A stretch of 64,000 bases of DNA from Tubiluchus corallicola (taxonomy: Eukaryota > Animalia > Priapulida), in contig JAQGDQ010000572.1 of the NCBI GenBank assembly GCA_030141605.1, forward strand, positions 1-64,000. Reading direction: 5' to 3'. The notes beneath the pieces are model-generated. The model was not told where the DNA came from, did no database searches, and was given only the letters and a program-made list of their open reading frames with translations. Below are positions 1 through 12,530 of this stretch, piece after piece. Position 1 is the first letter of the stretch. Every line of letters begins with the position of its first letter. The position numbers were made by a program, and so were the translations under genes.

Positions 1-455
1 TCTAATGGCCAATTCACACTGGAAAAAACCTAGGTGTTAGTTCACATTAGTGTCTACTGAGCAGGCTGCAAATTCTTCTAATGACCAGTTCACACTAGAA
101 AAAACCTAGATGTTAGTTCACATTAGTGTCTACTGAGCAGGCTGCAAATTCTTCTAATGACCAGTTCACACTAGAAAAAACCTAGGCGTTAGTTCACACT
201 ACTGTCTCTCCTGAGCAGGCTGCAAATTCTTCTAATGGCCAATTCACACTGGAAAAAACCTAGGTGTTAGTTCACACTACTGTCTCTCCTGAGCAGGCTG
301 CAAATTCTTCTAATGGCCAATTCACACTGGAAAAAACCTAGATGTTAGTTCACATTAGTGTCTCTACTGAGCAGACTGCAAATTCTTCTAATGACCAGTT
401 CACACTGGAAAAAACCTAGATGTTAGTTCACATTAGTGTCTCTACTGAGCAGGCT
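1..455. repeat. 71-73 bp minisatellite (copy 1)
   Basis: Unit tctaatggccaattcacactggaaaaaacctaggtgttagttcac...gagcaggctgcaaattct. Confidence 0.95.
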
Positions 456-1050
456 ACAGGGACGTGCTCCATCTCTATATATTTCTGCTGTACAAAAAAG
501 CCTAACAAAGTCAAAAAAGCAAAGTTGGTTAGGCATTGACTGAAATATATTATTGGTCTAAATTTGCCTCTTAAGTGTGAACTGTCGACTTTGTGCAGTT
601 TTTTGGAAATTTCCAGCATGCAAGATGAATATTGTTTTCCAAAATTCGAAAAATTGCTTAAAAAGTCTGTTTTTGAAACTAATGTACAAATATAACTCAT
701 GTAATTTGAAAGCACAATTTTGTGAAACGTTCTTACGTTCTGCGTTCATTAATAATATTTTCAATAATCGTGACGTCACTGTGGGGTAACAGTTGGCTAA
801 TGGCTTTTGGGATATGCATAAATTGCCCATTAAGCAACTAGCTGTATCCACTGTAAACATTATCTAGACACAATCTAATGATGTATGGTTGCCTCGGTAG
901 AGGCTTTCTTGAGATTAAAGTATATCGTCTTAACTTTGAGCTTGTAATCGTCTCTTTCTTTGCAGTTTTTTGTCTTTCTTTTGTCATTTAGATTACTGTG
1001 ACGGGTTTAACTTGATAATGTTAATTTTAATTGCTATTTTCTGCGCGCAG

Positions 1051-1162
1051 GTTCAAGCCAACTGATAGAGCGGATACGTCGAACAGACTACATTCAACCC
1101 CCGTCCAACTGGAAAACCATGACAGACGATGGCGCCACTGGCGTTGCCAGCATTGATTACAG
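1051..1162 (+). CDS. Duplicate Jagged C2/MNNL exon ([38 protein letters not shown])
   Basis: cgcgcag| ... ag|gtaagc; 112 nt; matches 20368-20479 except E>Q and one silent change. Confidence 0.6.
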
Positions 1163-1365
1163 GTAAGCCTGCAGCGTTCGGTATCGCATTGTTTAGAACA
1201 ATGACATTGTAAAGTCATGAATTTCTAGGAGTTAAACAATCTCATTAAACAATCAAACAACACTGGCATTGCCAGCATTGATTACAGGTAAGCCTGCAGC
1301 GTTCGGTATCGCATTGTTTAGAACAATGACATTGAAAAGTCGTGAATTTGTAGGAGTTAAACAAT
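1136..1365 (+). repeat. Tandem duplication (period 125 bp) containing an exon end and its 5' splice donor
   Basis: cactggc.ttgccagcattgattacag|gtaagcctgcagcg at 1136 and 1261. Confidence 0.92.
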
Positions 1366-1570
1366 CACGTTATTCAGAACAATGAAATTGAAAAGTAATG
1401 GATTTATGGGATTTGGTAGGAAATGTATTTACAGTTTAGAAAAGTGAGACATTGATGATATGCCAACGATACTAATACTAATGCTACTGTACTAAGAATA
1501 TTTTGAATTCTGTAAGTTTGTCTGTTCGTACAAAATTAAAAACCAAGCCAAATTGTACATTGTTTGTTAG

Positions 1571-1719
1571 GGTTCGAGTTATCTGTGACGAGCATTATTA
1601 CAACTTCACCTGCACCAAACTCTGTCGGCCACGCGATGACCAGTTTGGACATTACGACTGCGACCAGAATGGGGCGAAGGTGTGTAAGGAGGGCTGGAAA
1701 GGCAGCGACTGCAACGAAG
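1571..1719 (+). CDS. Duplicate Jagged DSL exon ([10 protein letters not shown]...[12 protein letters not shown])
   Basis: gttag| ... g|gtatgt; 149 nt; intact DSL motif [14 protein letters not shown]; differs from 20749-20897 by A>S and A>E. Confidence 0.6.
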
Positions 1720-1741
1720 GTATGTTCTGCCTCTGAATCGT

Positions 1742-2667
1742 TTACTTAGGTTGCTTTTCATCAAATCTTTGATCTGTGTCTTACTTAGGTTGCTTTTCAT
1801 CAAATCTTTGATCTGTGTCTTACTTAGGTTGCTTTTCATCAAATCTTTGATCTGTGCCTTACTTAGGTTGCTTTTCATCAAATCTTTGATCTGTGTCTTA
1901 CTTAGGTTGCTTTTCATCAAATCTTTGATCTGTGTCTTACTTAGGTTGCTTTTCATCAAATCTTTGATCTGTGCCTTACTTAGGTTGCTTTTCATCAAAT
2001 CTTTGATCTGTGTCTTACTTAGGTTGCTTTTCATCAAATCTTTGATCTGTGTCTTACTTAGGTTGCTTTTCATCAAATCTTTGATCTGTGTCTTACTTAG
2101 GTTGCTTTTCATCAAATCTTTGATCTGTGTCTTACTTAGGTTGCTTTTCATCAAATCTTTGATCTGTGTCTTACTTAGGTTGCTTTTCATCAAATCTTTG
2201 ATCTGTGTCTTACTTAGGTTGCTTTTCATCAAATCTTTGATCTGTGTCTTACTTAGGTTGCTTTTCATCAAATCTTTGATCTGTGTCTTACTTAGGTTGC
2301 TTTTCATCAAATCTTTGATCTGTGTCTTACTTAGGTTGCTTTTCATCAAATCTTTGATCTGTGTCTTACTTAGGTTGCTTTTCATCAAATCTTTGATCTG
2401 TGTCTTACTTAGGTTGCTTTTCATCAAATCTTTGATCTGTGTCTTACTTAGGTTGCTTTTCATCAAATCTTTGATCTGTGTCTTACTTAGGTTGCTTTTC
2501 ATCAAATCTTTGATCTGTGTCTTACTTAGGTTGCTTTTCATCAAATCTTTGATCTGTGTCTTACTTAGGTTGCTTTTCATCAAATCTTTGATCTGTGTCT
2601 TACTTAGGTTGCTTTTCATCAAATCTTTGATCTGTGTCTTACTTAGGTTGCTTTTCATCAAATCTTT
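1742..2667. repeat. 36-bp minisatellite, about 25 copies
   Basis: Unit ttacttaggttgcttttcatcaaatctttgatctgtgtc, nearly invariant. Confidence 0.98.
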
Positions 2668-2959
2668 TGTCTATGTCTATGTCTATGCTTTAGCTACCAC
2701 TGAAACAAATAGTCCAAAGTCTTCCATGCGGTGTCCATGCCCCCGAATATCCAATTTTATATCCTTTTTAGTAGTTTTTCCCCGGTTTCGGTCCGCCTTA
2801 AAGTTTGTAAGATTGCCTCTGCCACGTGTCCAAAATAGTTTTTCGAGTTGACTGGTACAAGGTGTAATGTGTTTAGCCGAGTAGTATAACCTAATAGGGT
2901 CCATCTGCTCGTTGAATACCATTCGGGTTACGTTTCTACCTCCTGCAGTTACGTTACGA

Positions 2960-3840
2960 TTGCACAAGTGATAGCGTCTTTTCTCCACTCAATGTTTGCT
3001 TGAGCAGGTTTATCATTGGTAGTTATTGCATCTTCTACACGCGTTTCTACTTTCCAGTGTTTGTGTTGTACGATGTGTGTGTGTGTGTGTGCGTGTGCGT
3101 GCGTGTGCGTGTGTGCAGAAGTGATAGCGTCTTTTCTCCACTCAATGTTTGCTTGAGCAGGTTTATCATTGGTAGTTATTGCATCTTCTACACGCGTTTC
3201 TACTTTCCAGTGTTTGTGTTGTACGATGTGTGTGTGTGTGCGTGTGTGTGTGTGTGCGTGCGTGCGTGTGTGCAGAAGTGATAGCGTCTTTTCTCCACTC
3301 AATGTTTGCTTGAGCAGGTTTATCATTGGTAGTTATTGCTTCTTCTACACGCGTTTCTACTTTCCAATGTTTGTATTGTGCGATGTGTGTGTGTGCGTGC
3401 GTGTGTGCGTGCGTGCGTGCGTGTGTGCACAAGTGATAGCGTCTTTTCTCCACTCAATGTTTGCTTGAGCAGGTTTATCATTGGTAGTTATTGCATCTTC
3501 TACACGCGTTTCTACTTTCCAATGTTTGTATTGTGCGGTGTGTGTGCGTGCGTGCGTGCGTGCGTGTGTGCAGAAGTGATAGCGTCTTTTCTCCACTCAA
3601 TGTTTGCTTGAGCAGGTTTGTCATTGGTAGTTATTGCATCTTCTACACGCGTTTCTACTTTCCAGTGTTTGTATTGTACGATGTGTGCGTGTGCGTGTGT
3701 GTGTGTGTGCGTGTGTGCGTGCGTGTGTGCGTGCGTGTGTGCAGAAGTGATAGCGTCTTTTCTCCACTCAATGTTTGCTTGAGCAGGTTTATCATTGGTA
3801 GTTATTGCATCTTCTACACGCGTTTCTACTTTCCAGTGTT

Positions 3841-3872
<32 letters not shown>

Positions 3873-4045
3873 TGCGTGAGTGTGTGTGTGTGAGTGAGTG
3901 AGTGAGTGAGTGTGTGTGCGTGCATGCGTGTGTGCGAGTGAGCGAGTGAGTGCGTGTGCGTGCGTGTGTGTGTGTGTGCACGTGCGGGTGTGTGTGTGCG
4001 CGCGTGCGCGTGCGTGCGTGTGTGTGTGCAATGTGTGTGTGTGTG
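2960..4045. repeat. Composite satellite: six ~143-171 bp units, each with an embedded (TG)n/(TGCG)n tract, then microsatellite
   Basis: aagtgatagcgtcttttctccactc recurs at about 2966, 3119, 3276, 3431, 3574 and 3745. Confidence 0.93.
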
Positions 4046-4389
4046 CGTTCTGGTATCCCATTCTTTCGCAATTATAAGTGCTGATCCAATAATCTTGGCG
4101 TATCATAATATTTTTTGATAGAAATAAATAGTTTATTGACGGAGAACACAGTACAATATATAATACAATGGACATGAAAGAACTCACACGTCACAACCCA
4201 ACTCTTGGGTATAATCGTCATAATTATTGGAACAGTAAAGAAACAGTACAGGCTAAACACTAAATAGTATTTACACGTTTACAAAAATAATGTAATTACA
4301 GTAATGTGCTTTTGATATCAACTGAATATGATTTTCTGTGATTAAGGTTTTATTTTTTTTTTCTTTTAAAACAGTGTGTAATATAGTTT

Positions 4390-4646
4390 GAAATTTAATT
4401 TCCAAACTCACTTTCACTTCCATTCGTCAGAAATATAAATTTTTCCTGTTCCGTAAGATTAATAAAGTTTGCGAAAATTTCATTGACATGAGAAAACAGG
4501 CTTTGTCTTAAATCATTATGGTAGTTACAAACAAGAATTAAATGCTTTGCGCCATCATTTTTTGGATCTTTGCAAAAATGGCCGCCTAGTCTGTTGTTAA
4601 GGGAGATTTCAGTTTGGTGATATATCACCTATATGCTTATGTCTCG
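4390..4646 (-). mobile_element. Degenerate non-LTR retrotransposon ORF2 C-terminal fragment
   Basis: NRLGGHFCK...KHLILVCNYHNDLRQ resembles the RLCxxC...HFLLxCxxYxxLR motif also seen at 11023-11355. Confidence 0.5.
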
Positions 4647-4650
4647 TTAA

Positions 4651-5105
4651 CCCTTTCAGTCCCAAATAATTTTTTTAATACGAAAAAAATTTTTGGTTTG
4701 GTTTTGGTTCAGTATGTCCATCTTGTTTACACATAATAATTTTTTTCTACTTGTGCCCGCGTGCTAAATATAGCTTGTATCCCACGGGATACATTGGGAT
4801 TCAATGGAAGCATAAAATTTGCTTCATTTTGCAACTGTTGATAATTTTTCAAATTATTTAAGACATTTAGTATGCATGCTATGCTGATCTGTACAAAGTC
4901 GTCTCTAAAGTACTGTACCTTGCGCAGTTTTTTGTGCTATGTAGATTTTCTAGTTTGCCATTTTATCACCATTTTTAGTCTATTGTTATTGGCTTAAATC
5001 AAAATAACTATTAACAGATCAAATACCTGTCAGTTTTAAAATTTTATTAATTTTAAAGGCAGAAAATATTCTCGTATCCCACGGGATACAACGGGTATGA
5101 AAGGG
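4651..5105. mobile_element. piggyBac-like MITE
   Basis: TTAA|ccctttca ... tgaaaggg|TTAA; internal tatcccacgggata motifs; second copy at 10526-10973. Confidence 0.85.
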
Positions 5106-5514
5106 TTAAAAGAGCTTCTGAAATGCTGTAAACATACATAAGGGATCATACTGAACTTTTTGTGTTTGATTAAAACTTTGTTCCAATGGGGTACAGCAAA
5201 GCGAGCTCTTTTATGTCTTTTTCGTGATTGGGATCAAATATTCATTTTTTTGTCATAACTATGTGACTGTGATTCATTTGACTATTGACATTTCATCGTT
5301 TAAAAGGGCCTAGGTGACTCGTTATTACTAATAATGTACATGCGCATGCGCATGAGCTGGGTGTAAAGAGAGCTAGATACCATTATCACCTTCTACAGCT
5401 GCAAATGTCACCTTCAAGGATTATCTTTGACAAAGAGCTAGATTTTGGTATTGCCGCAACCATGCATGTTAAGCAAGCCCTGCCATTCATTGAAGAATCG
5501 AGCTTGTAGAGTGT

Positions 5515-5958
<444 letters not shown>

Positions 5959-6480
5959 CTAACGACTTCAAAATCTAAGCGAGTTTAAATTGAACACATT
6001 CCTAACGTATCAAAGCACGTCTCAATTCATTACTCTAGTACGCGGCGTAGTAAAATAAGCATGGACACGCGAACGCAGCTGCGTATTTGCATTGATCGAT
6101 GCGTGTTTAAAAATAACAAGAAAATGCTTGCGAACTTGTAGACGGTAGTGGATTTTTTTACACGTCTTAAGCAATGTTTTGCATTTAAATTTGGCTCAGA
6201 TGTGGGACACACGTGTTTTCTACAGGCATGTGCGGCTGTAGGTCCCCCCCCCCCCTGCTAAAGAATTTCATTGATGAAATATGTGCGTGTAGCCTGCGTC
6301 AGATGGATCATTTTGTCCAGTGTAGCTAGTAAATGATTAAAATGGTCTATTGGAGACTGCATTCCGTATTTTTTAACGTATATATATATGTTATTATATA
6401 CGTATATAACCGCGTTAAATGATGGTTTTGTCAATTTTCATGAAAAAATCACTTTGGTCTTAAGCTTTTGCAAATATATA

Positions 6481-6863
6481 CACAGTCATTTGCAAAAGTT
6501 TAAGACCAAAGTGATTTTTTCATGAAAATCGACAAAACCATCATTTAACACGGTTCCATCTAAAAACTATTCATTTATTCTTCTAGAAAAATGTACTACA
6601 GCATAGTTTGTATGTTTTTATCCAAAAATAGTCACAGTCCTTGAACATTTTAGTACTTTGTATGTCCGCCGAAGTTGTCAATCACCGCCTTCATTCTAAG
6701 AGGCATACTGGAAATTAGGTTTTGGCAGTACTCGGAAGTAATTTCTTTAACCCAAACGTCGTTGATAACTCTTGGCAAGTCTTCAGCACTTGATGGCTGC
6801 CTGTCTGCCACCTTATCCTTCAGTATCTCTCAGAGATTCTCTATCGGATTGAGGTCCGGGCTG
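6481..6863 (-). mobile_element. Tc1 transposon 3' remnant (pseudo-transposase and right terminus)
   Basis: Minus strand 6862-6650 reads SPDLNPIENL*EILKDKV...MPLRMKAVIDNFGGHTKY* (Tc1 SPDLNPIENLW and GGHTKY motifs, W mutated to stop); end cacagtcatttgcaaaag follows TA. Confidence 0.9.
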
Positions 6864-7607
6864 TATATCGTTTACTCGTACTACTACAATCACATCAAAC
6901 ATACAAACAGATCAACAAGTAAAATAACATGATTAACAAGATTAGTAAGCAATGTGAATATATACGATTAAGTGAGAGTAAGATATTATGTTAGCATGGC
7001 GTACAACTCATTCCTGTTAAAAAATCAAAACAATTACGTTCTAGAGCCCATATAACTTCTTTAGTGAAATTTACAGTCCGTATTTGTTCATCGCTAACAA
7101 TACCTCTTACATTTAATGTACAGAAAAAAAACTTTAAAAAATGAATGTCATTTGTGTAAAAAGTTTTGTACTCGTTACAAATAGATAAATTATAACCCAT
7201 TACAGAAGAGGCATGAAATCGAGAATCATGTCCAAAGAAATTGGCTATATGATTTTCACTATATAAGCAACTATGGTAAAATTTAACAAATCGTTTTGTA
7301 GTTGTTTAAGTGGGGGAATAATTTAAGTGGGGGAATAATTTAAGTGGGGGAATAATATCACTTATAAAAGGAAGACAAGATCTGTGTGACCTAAACGGCA
7401 AATTCCAAAGTTTTCTTACTGCAATATTCCAAGATTTGCCCGATAGCTTCTGTCTAGATGCTGTCATTGTCGTTGCAATTACACCTGTTGCCGTTGCTGC
7501 TGTTGTCATTGTCACGATCATAGTCGCCGCCACTGCTGCTGCTGCTCCTGCCCGTTGTATAGATAATGATGCACCTGTTGTGCCTCATCAGCAGCAACAT
7601 GTGTGGC

Positions 7608-7690
7608 AGGGTCATCCGAAAGATTTTAAAAATGGTACCTGCTGTTGCCCTGCCTGGCGTGCGGCATTTAGGGTAAAAGTGGGGTAAAAA
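7608..7690 (+). mobile_element. Possible SINE core remnant (Meta/MESC-like)
   Basis: ggtcatccgaaagattttaaaaatggtacctgctgttgccctgcctggcg resembles, from memory, the invertebrate Meta SINE core; not searched. Confidence 0.35.
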
Positions 7691-7861
7691 TAGTCTCTGT
7701 TATGTAATTGTTGGGTTGTTATTTACAGTCGATAAAAAGCTCGTAAGCTTATGTTAACTGTTTATATAAAGAACCGACTTTAAATCAAGATCATTGTTAT
7801 TATTATTATATCATATTTTATTATTATATCAGTGCAAAAATACAAACTGCGTTAATAATGG

Positions 7862-9935
7862 AGTTCTTACTCTAACAACAATAGCCGCATTAACACAGTG
7901 TATGCCATTTCTTACTCTAACAACAATAGCCACATTAGCACAGTGTATGCCAGTTCTTACTCTAAACAACAATAGCCGCATTAACACAGTGTATGCCATT
8001 TCTTACTCTAACAACAATAGCCGCATTAACACAGTGTATGCCAGTTCTTACTCTAACAACAATAGCCGCATTAACACAGTGTATGCCATTTCTTACTCTA
8101 ACAACAATAGCCGCATTAACACAGTGTATGCCAGTTCTTACTCTAACAACAATAGCTGCATTAACACAGTGTATGCCAGTTCTTACTCTAACAACAATAG
8201 CCACATTAACACAGTGTATGTCAGTTCTTACTCTAACAACAATAGCCACATTAACACAGTGTATGCCAGTTCTTACTCTAACAACAATAGCCACATTAAC
8301 ACCGTGTATGCCAGTTCTTACTCTAACAACAATAGCCGCATTAACACAGTGTATGCCAGTTCTTACTCTAACAACAATAGCCACATTAACACAGTGTATG
8401 CCATTTCTTACTCTAACAACAATAGCCGCATTAACACAGTGTATGCCATTTCTTACTCTAACAACAATAGCCACATTAACACAGTGTATGCCAGTTCTTA
8501 CTCTAACAACAATAGCCACATTAACACAGTGTATGCCAGTTCTTACTCTAACAACAATAGCCGCATTAACACAGTGTATGCCAGTTCTTACTCTAACAAC
8601 AATAGCCGCATTAACACAGTGTATGCCATTTCTTACTCTAACAACAATAGCCGCATTAACACAGTGTATGCCAGTTCTTACTCTAACAACAATAGCCGCA
8701 TTAACACAGTGTATGCCAGTTCTTACTCTAACAACAATAGCCGCATTAACACAGTGTATGCCATTTCTTACTCTAACAACAATAGCCGCATTAACACAGT
8801 GTATGCCAGTTCTTACTCTAACAACAATAGCCGCATTAACACAGTGTATGCCAGTTCTTACTCTAACAACAATAGCCGCATTAACACAGTGTATGCCATT
8901 TCTTACTCTAACAACAATAGCCGCATTAACACAGTGTATGCCAGTTCTTACTCTAACAACAATAGCCGCATTAACACAGTGTATGCCATTTCTTACTCTA
9001 ACAACAATAGCCGCATTAACACAGTGTATGCCAGTTCTTACTCTAACAACAATAGCCGCATTAACACAGTGTATGCCATTTCTTACTCTAACAACAATAG
9101 CCGCATTAACACAGTGTATGCCAGTTCTTACTCTAACAACAATAGCCGCATTAACACAGTGTATGCCATTTCTTACTCTAACAACAATAGCCGCATTAAC
9201 ACAGTGTATGCCAGTTCTTACTCTAACAACAATAGCCGCATTAACACAGTGTATGCCAGTTCTTACTCTAACAACAATAGCCGCATTAACACAGTGTATG
9301 CCATTTCTTACTCTAACAACAATAGCCGCATTAACACAGTGTATGCCAGTTCTTACTCTAACAACAATAGCCGCATTAACACAGTGTATGCCATTTCTTA
9401 CTCTAACAACAATAGCCGCATTAACACAGTGTATGCCAGTTCTTACTCTAACAACAATAGCCGCATTAACACAGTGTATGCCAGTTCTTACTCTAACAAC
9501 AATAGCCGCATTAACACAGTGTATGCCATTTCTTACTCTAACAACAATAGCCGCATTAACACAGTGTATGCCAGTTCTTACTCTAACAACAATAGCCGCA
9601 TTAACACAGTGTATGCCAGTTCTTACTCTAACAACAATAGCCGCATTAACACAGTGTATGCCAGTTCTTACTCTAACAACAATAGCCGCATTAACACAGT
9701 GTATGCCAGTTCTTACTCTAACAACAATAGCCACATTAACACAGTGTATGCCAGTTCTTACTCTAACAACAATAGCCGCATTAACACAGTGTATGCCAGT
9801 TCTTACTCTAACAACAATAGCCGCATTAACACAGTGTATGCCAGTTCTTACTCTAACAACAATAGCCACATTAACACAGTGTATGCCAGTTCTTACTCTA
9901 ACAACAATAGCCACATTAACACAGTGTATGCCAGT
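7862..9935. repeat. 45-bp minisatellite, about 46 copies
   Basis: Unit agttcttactctaacaacaatagccgcattaacacagtgtatgcc; source of the spurious 650-730 aa ORFs. Confidence 0.98.
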
Positions 9936-10525
9936 GAAACAGAGCACACATTAATTGACGGTGCCCAAGACCCAAAGGTGTAATCTTGAATTGCATAATT
10001 TTCAAACAGTTGACGACAAGGCCCAGACGCTATTCTTATTCCACTTTTTTTACAAAATGGATATTTTTGCTTACTGAATTCCTAAATCAGTGAAGACCGC
10101 TGCGTTTGAATTGCAAATAAACGCCACAGTGACGTACGCCATGCTTAATTAGACGGTTTCGTGTGCCTGCGTTGACACAAAAATTTGTTTAAACATCTCC
10201 GCAAGTGTGAATTATCTTTGGTACCGCCCGTCGATGTTGCATACGTGATTGCATACCCTGCATGACAATTATGCAAGCGGAATTCTTCTTACCTGCCAGG
10301 CTTAGCACCTGTAGGTGTGAATAAAAACACCTCGCTGCACTTTGTGTCATCAGAAGAAGACGTATCACCGAAGCAGCGTCGAATAATTCTAGTTGATTCT
10401 CGTCTTTTAGTGCTGGATTTTCTAGCTTTGTGCTCACATCTTATATGGCTTCTTGACCTCTTGGCTTCTTTCTGCATCTCTCGAAATTCTTCTTGATGTT
10501 ACGCCATGCATACCGTTGATGTTAA

Positions 10526-10973
10526 CCCTTTCATACCCGCTGTATCCCGTGGGATACTAGAATATTTTCTGCCTTTAAAATTAATAAAATTTTAAAACGG
10601 ACAGTTATTTGATCTGTTAATAGTTATTTTGATTTAAGCCAATAACAATAGACTGAAAATGGTGATAAAATGGCAAACTAGAAAATCTGCATAGCATAAA
10701 AAACTGCTCAAGGTACAGTACTTTAGAGAGGACTTTGTACAGATCAGCTTAGCATCCATACTAAATGTCTTAAATACTTTAAAAAATTATCAGCAGTTCC
10801 AAAATGAAGCACATTTGATGCTTCCATTGAATCCCAGTGTATCCCGTGGGATACAGGCTATATTTAGCACAGGTAGAAAAAAATAATTATGTGTAAACAA
10901 GATGTACATACTGAACAAATGTACCGAGCCAAAAAATTTTTTCTTATTAAAAAATAATTTGGGACTGAAAGGG
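10526..10973. mobile_element. piggyBac-like MITE, inverted relative to 4651-5105
   Basis: TTAA|ccctttca ... tgaaaggg|TTAA; reverse-complement match to the first copy. Confidence 0.85.
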
Positions 10974-10977
10974 TTAA

Positions 10978-11598
10978 AGAAGAAGAACGGGGGGTCATTT
11001 TAAACCATATGTTTATATTAATATGCAAGGAAAATACAGGTCTGTGCTTGCAAAGCTAAGAAGTGGTACTCTTCCCCTGGAACTGGAGCATGGTAGGTTT
11101 AGAAATGTTAAGGTTGATGAACGTTTGTGTAAGATATGTTGCTGTGGAGATGTAGAAGATGAATCTCACTTTATGTTTGTTTGTACACATTATAGACTAG
11201 AGAGAGAAGAATTTTTCCAAGATATTAAAATGGACCCGGAACAATTAGATAATGTAAATAAATGGAAATATATTATGTCAGAAGATAATGTCCTTAGGAC
11301 TGCAAAATATGCTTATAAGATTTTTAGAATGAGGCAAAGCAAGATATATATTTAATACATGACTTGTCCATTCAGGTATATGTTAAAATTCCATATTATA
11401 TATTTTCTTTTATTTGATATTCTATGTAAATGAACTGCACAGTTATTATGTTATAAATTTTCATGAAATTGACTTGTAAGCCCAAGTGGGCTGGAAACAG
11501 CTTTAATAACATTTTACAGTATTAATTAACACATGAATTATTACATTGTTATTATCATATGTTTATGTCAATAAAGATATTCAATCAATCAATCAATT
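10978..11598 (+). mobile_element. 5'-truncated LINE 3' end (ORF2 C-terminus, 3' UTR, (TCAA)n tail)
   Basis: ORF 11023-11355 LAKLRSGTLPLELEHGRF...RLCKICC..VEDESHFMFVCTHY; AATAAA then tcaatcaatcaatcaa. Confidence 0.85.
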
Positions 11599-12169
11599 TA
11601 AAGAACGTCCGAATGAACTCTTCATGCAAATGCTATATAATTTAACATTTGAAAGAGAGGTGTAAGTGGAAATGAAAGTTCTTGACAATTTAAAATATTC
11701 GCGCTACCTGATGAAACGGCACTGCATCAGCATCCCAGGCTGCATCACTGATTCTCCAAAAACATAGAACATACAACATTTATTTTCTCCAATTAGTTTA
11801 ACATCAAAAGTTTTTTAAATATTAAGTAATTATAATCATGGAGCAGGGCAGGGAAGGACCATAGGGTCATCTAGTCTCCTGTTCTTTCTTATAAATAGAT
11901 TAGTATATTAAAAATTAATGGTGATGCTGCAGATAACAAAAACAAAAACAAATAAGAAAAATATACAAATAAAAACAGTATAAATGATACAATTCAGCAA
12001 AAAGAACTGAAAACAAAAAAATAATAAAGTTAGATACCTAAATCTAAACAAAACAATGCAATTATTCAGTAATTAGGATTATCATATGTAGTAGTTTCAA
12101 ATGGGGTCTTATTAACAGGGGAATTTGACCAAGGTTAGTGAGTAAAGTTAGAAAACTGAGAGAGTTAAA

Positions 12170-12530
12170 AAACACATTATAGATCTTATTTACAAATATA
12201 TATTGTAATTTATAGTTTTGCTTAGTTAACGAAGCGTGCGCTAGGAATGCTGTAATCATTTTTTCAAACTTTACAGAAAGTTATCTAAACTTGTTACAAA
12301 GGGAAACGTCATACCGTCAAAATGGCTGCGCCTATCAGTCATCACGGAAGTTTAAATTTACGTGTCAAAATGGCTCCCTCAACGGTCATCACGGGAGTTT
12401 AAATTTACAGGTTTTATAAAGCGTTACTGTTAACACAAGTTCTATGTACAATAAGACAGAGCATGTAGGTGATGTAAGATTTCAAGACGAATTTTTTAAG
12501 TTGTATTTATGAAGTGTTTTCTTGTGCTTT
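12170..12530 (+). mobile_element. Partial copy of the element family at 42872-43540
   Basis: Shares ttttcaaactttac...cgtcaaaatggctgcgccta...catcacgggagtttaaatttac. Confidence 0.7.

Larger units (their letters stand above)
1..1742. repeat. Segmental duplicate of 19319-20920 (extends upstream out of the window)
   Basis: Collinear and near-identical, including introns, with a few SNPs and indels. Confidence 0.97.

Noticed and set aside
1606-2851. 351 and 366 aa repetitive ORFs
   Set aside because: Products of the 36-bp minisatellite
2960-3845. CRISPR-like repeat/spacer layout
   Set aside because: Eukaryotic intron, repeats over 100 bp, spacers are TG microsatellites, no cas genes; the other arrays have no unique spacers either
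7794-9983. ORFs of 653-729 aa on both strands
   Set aside because: Translations of a stop-free 45-bp tandem unit, with no splice or domain support
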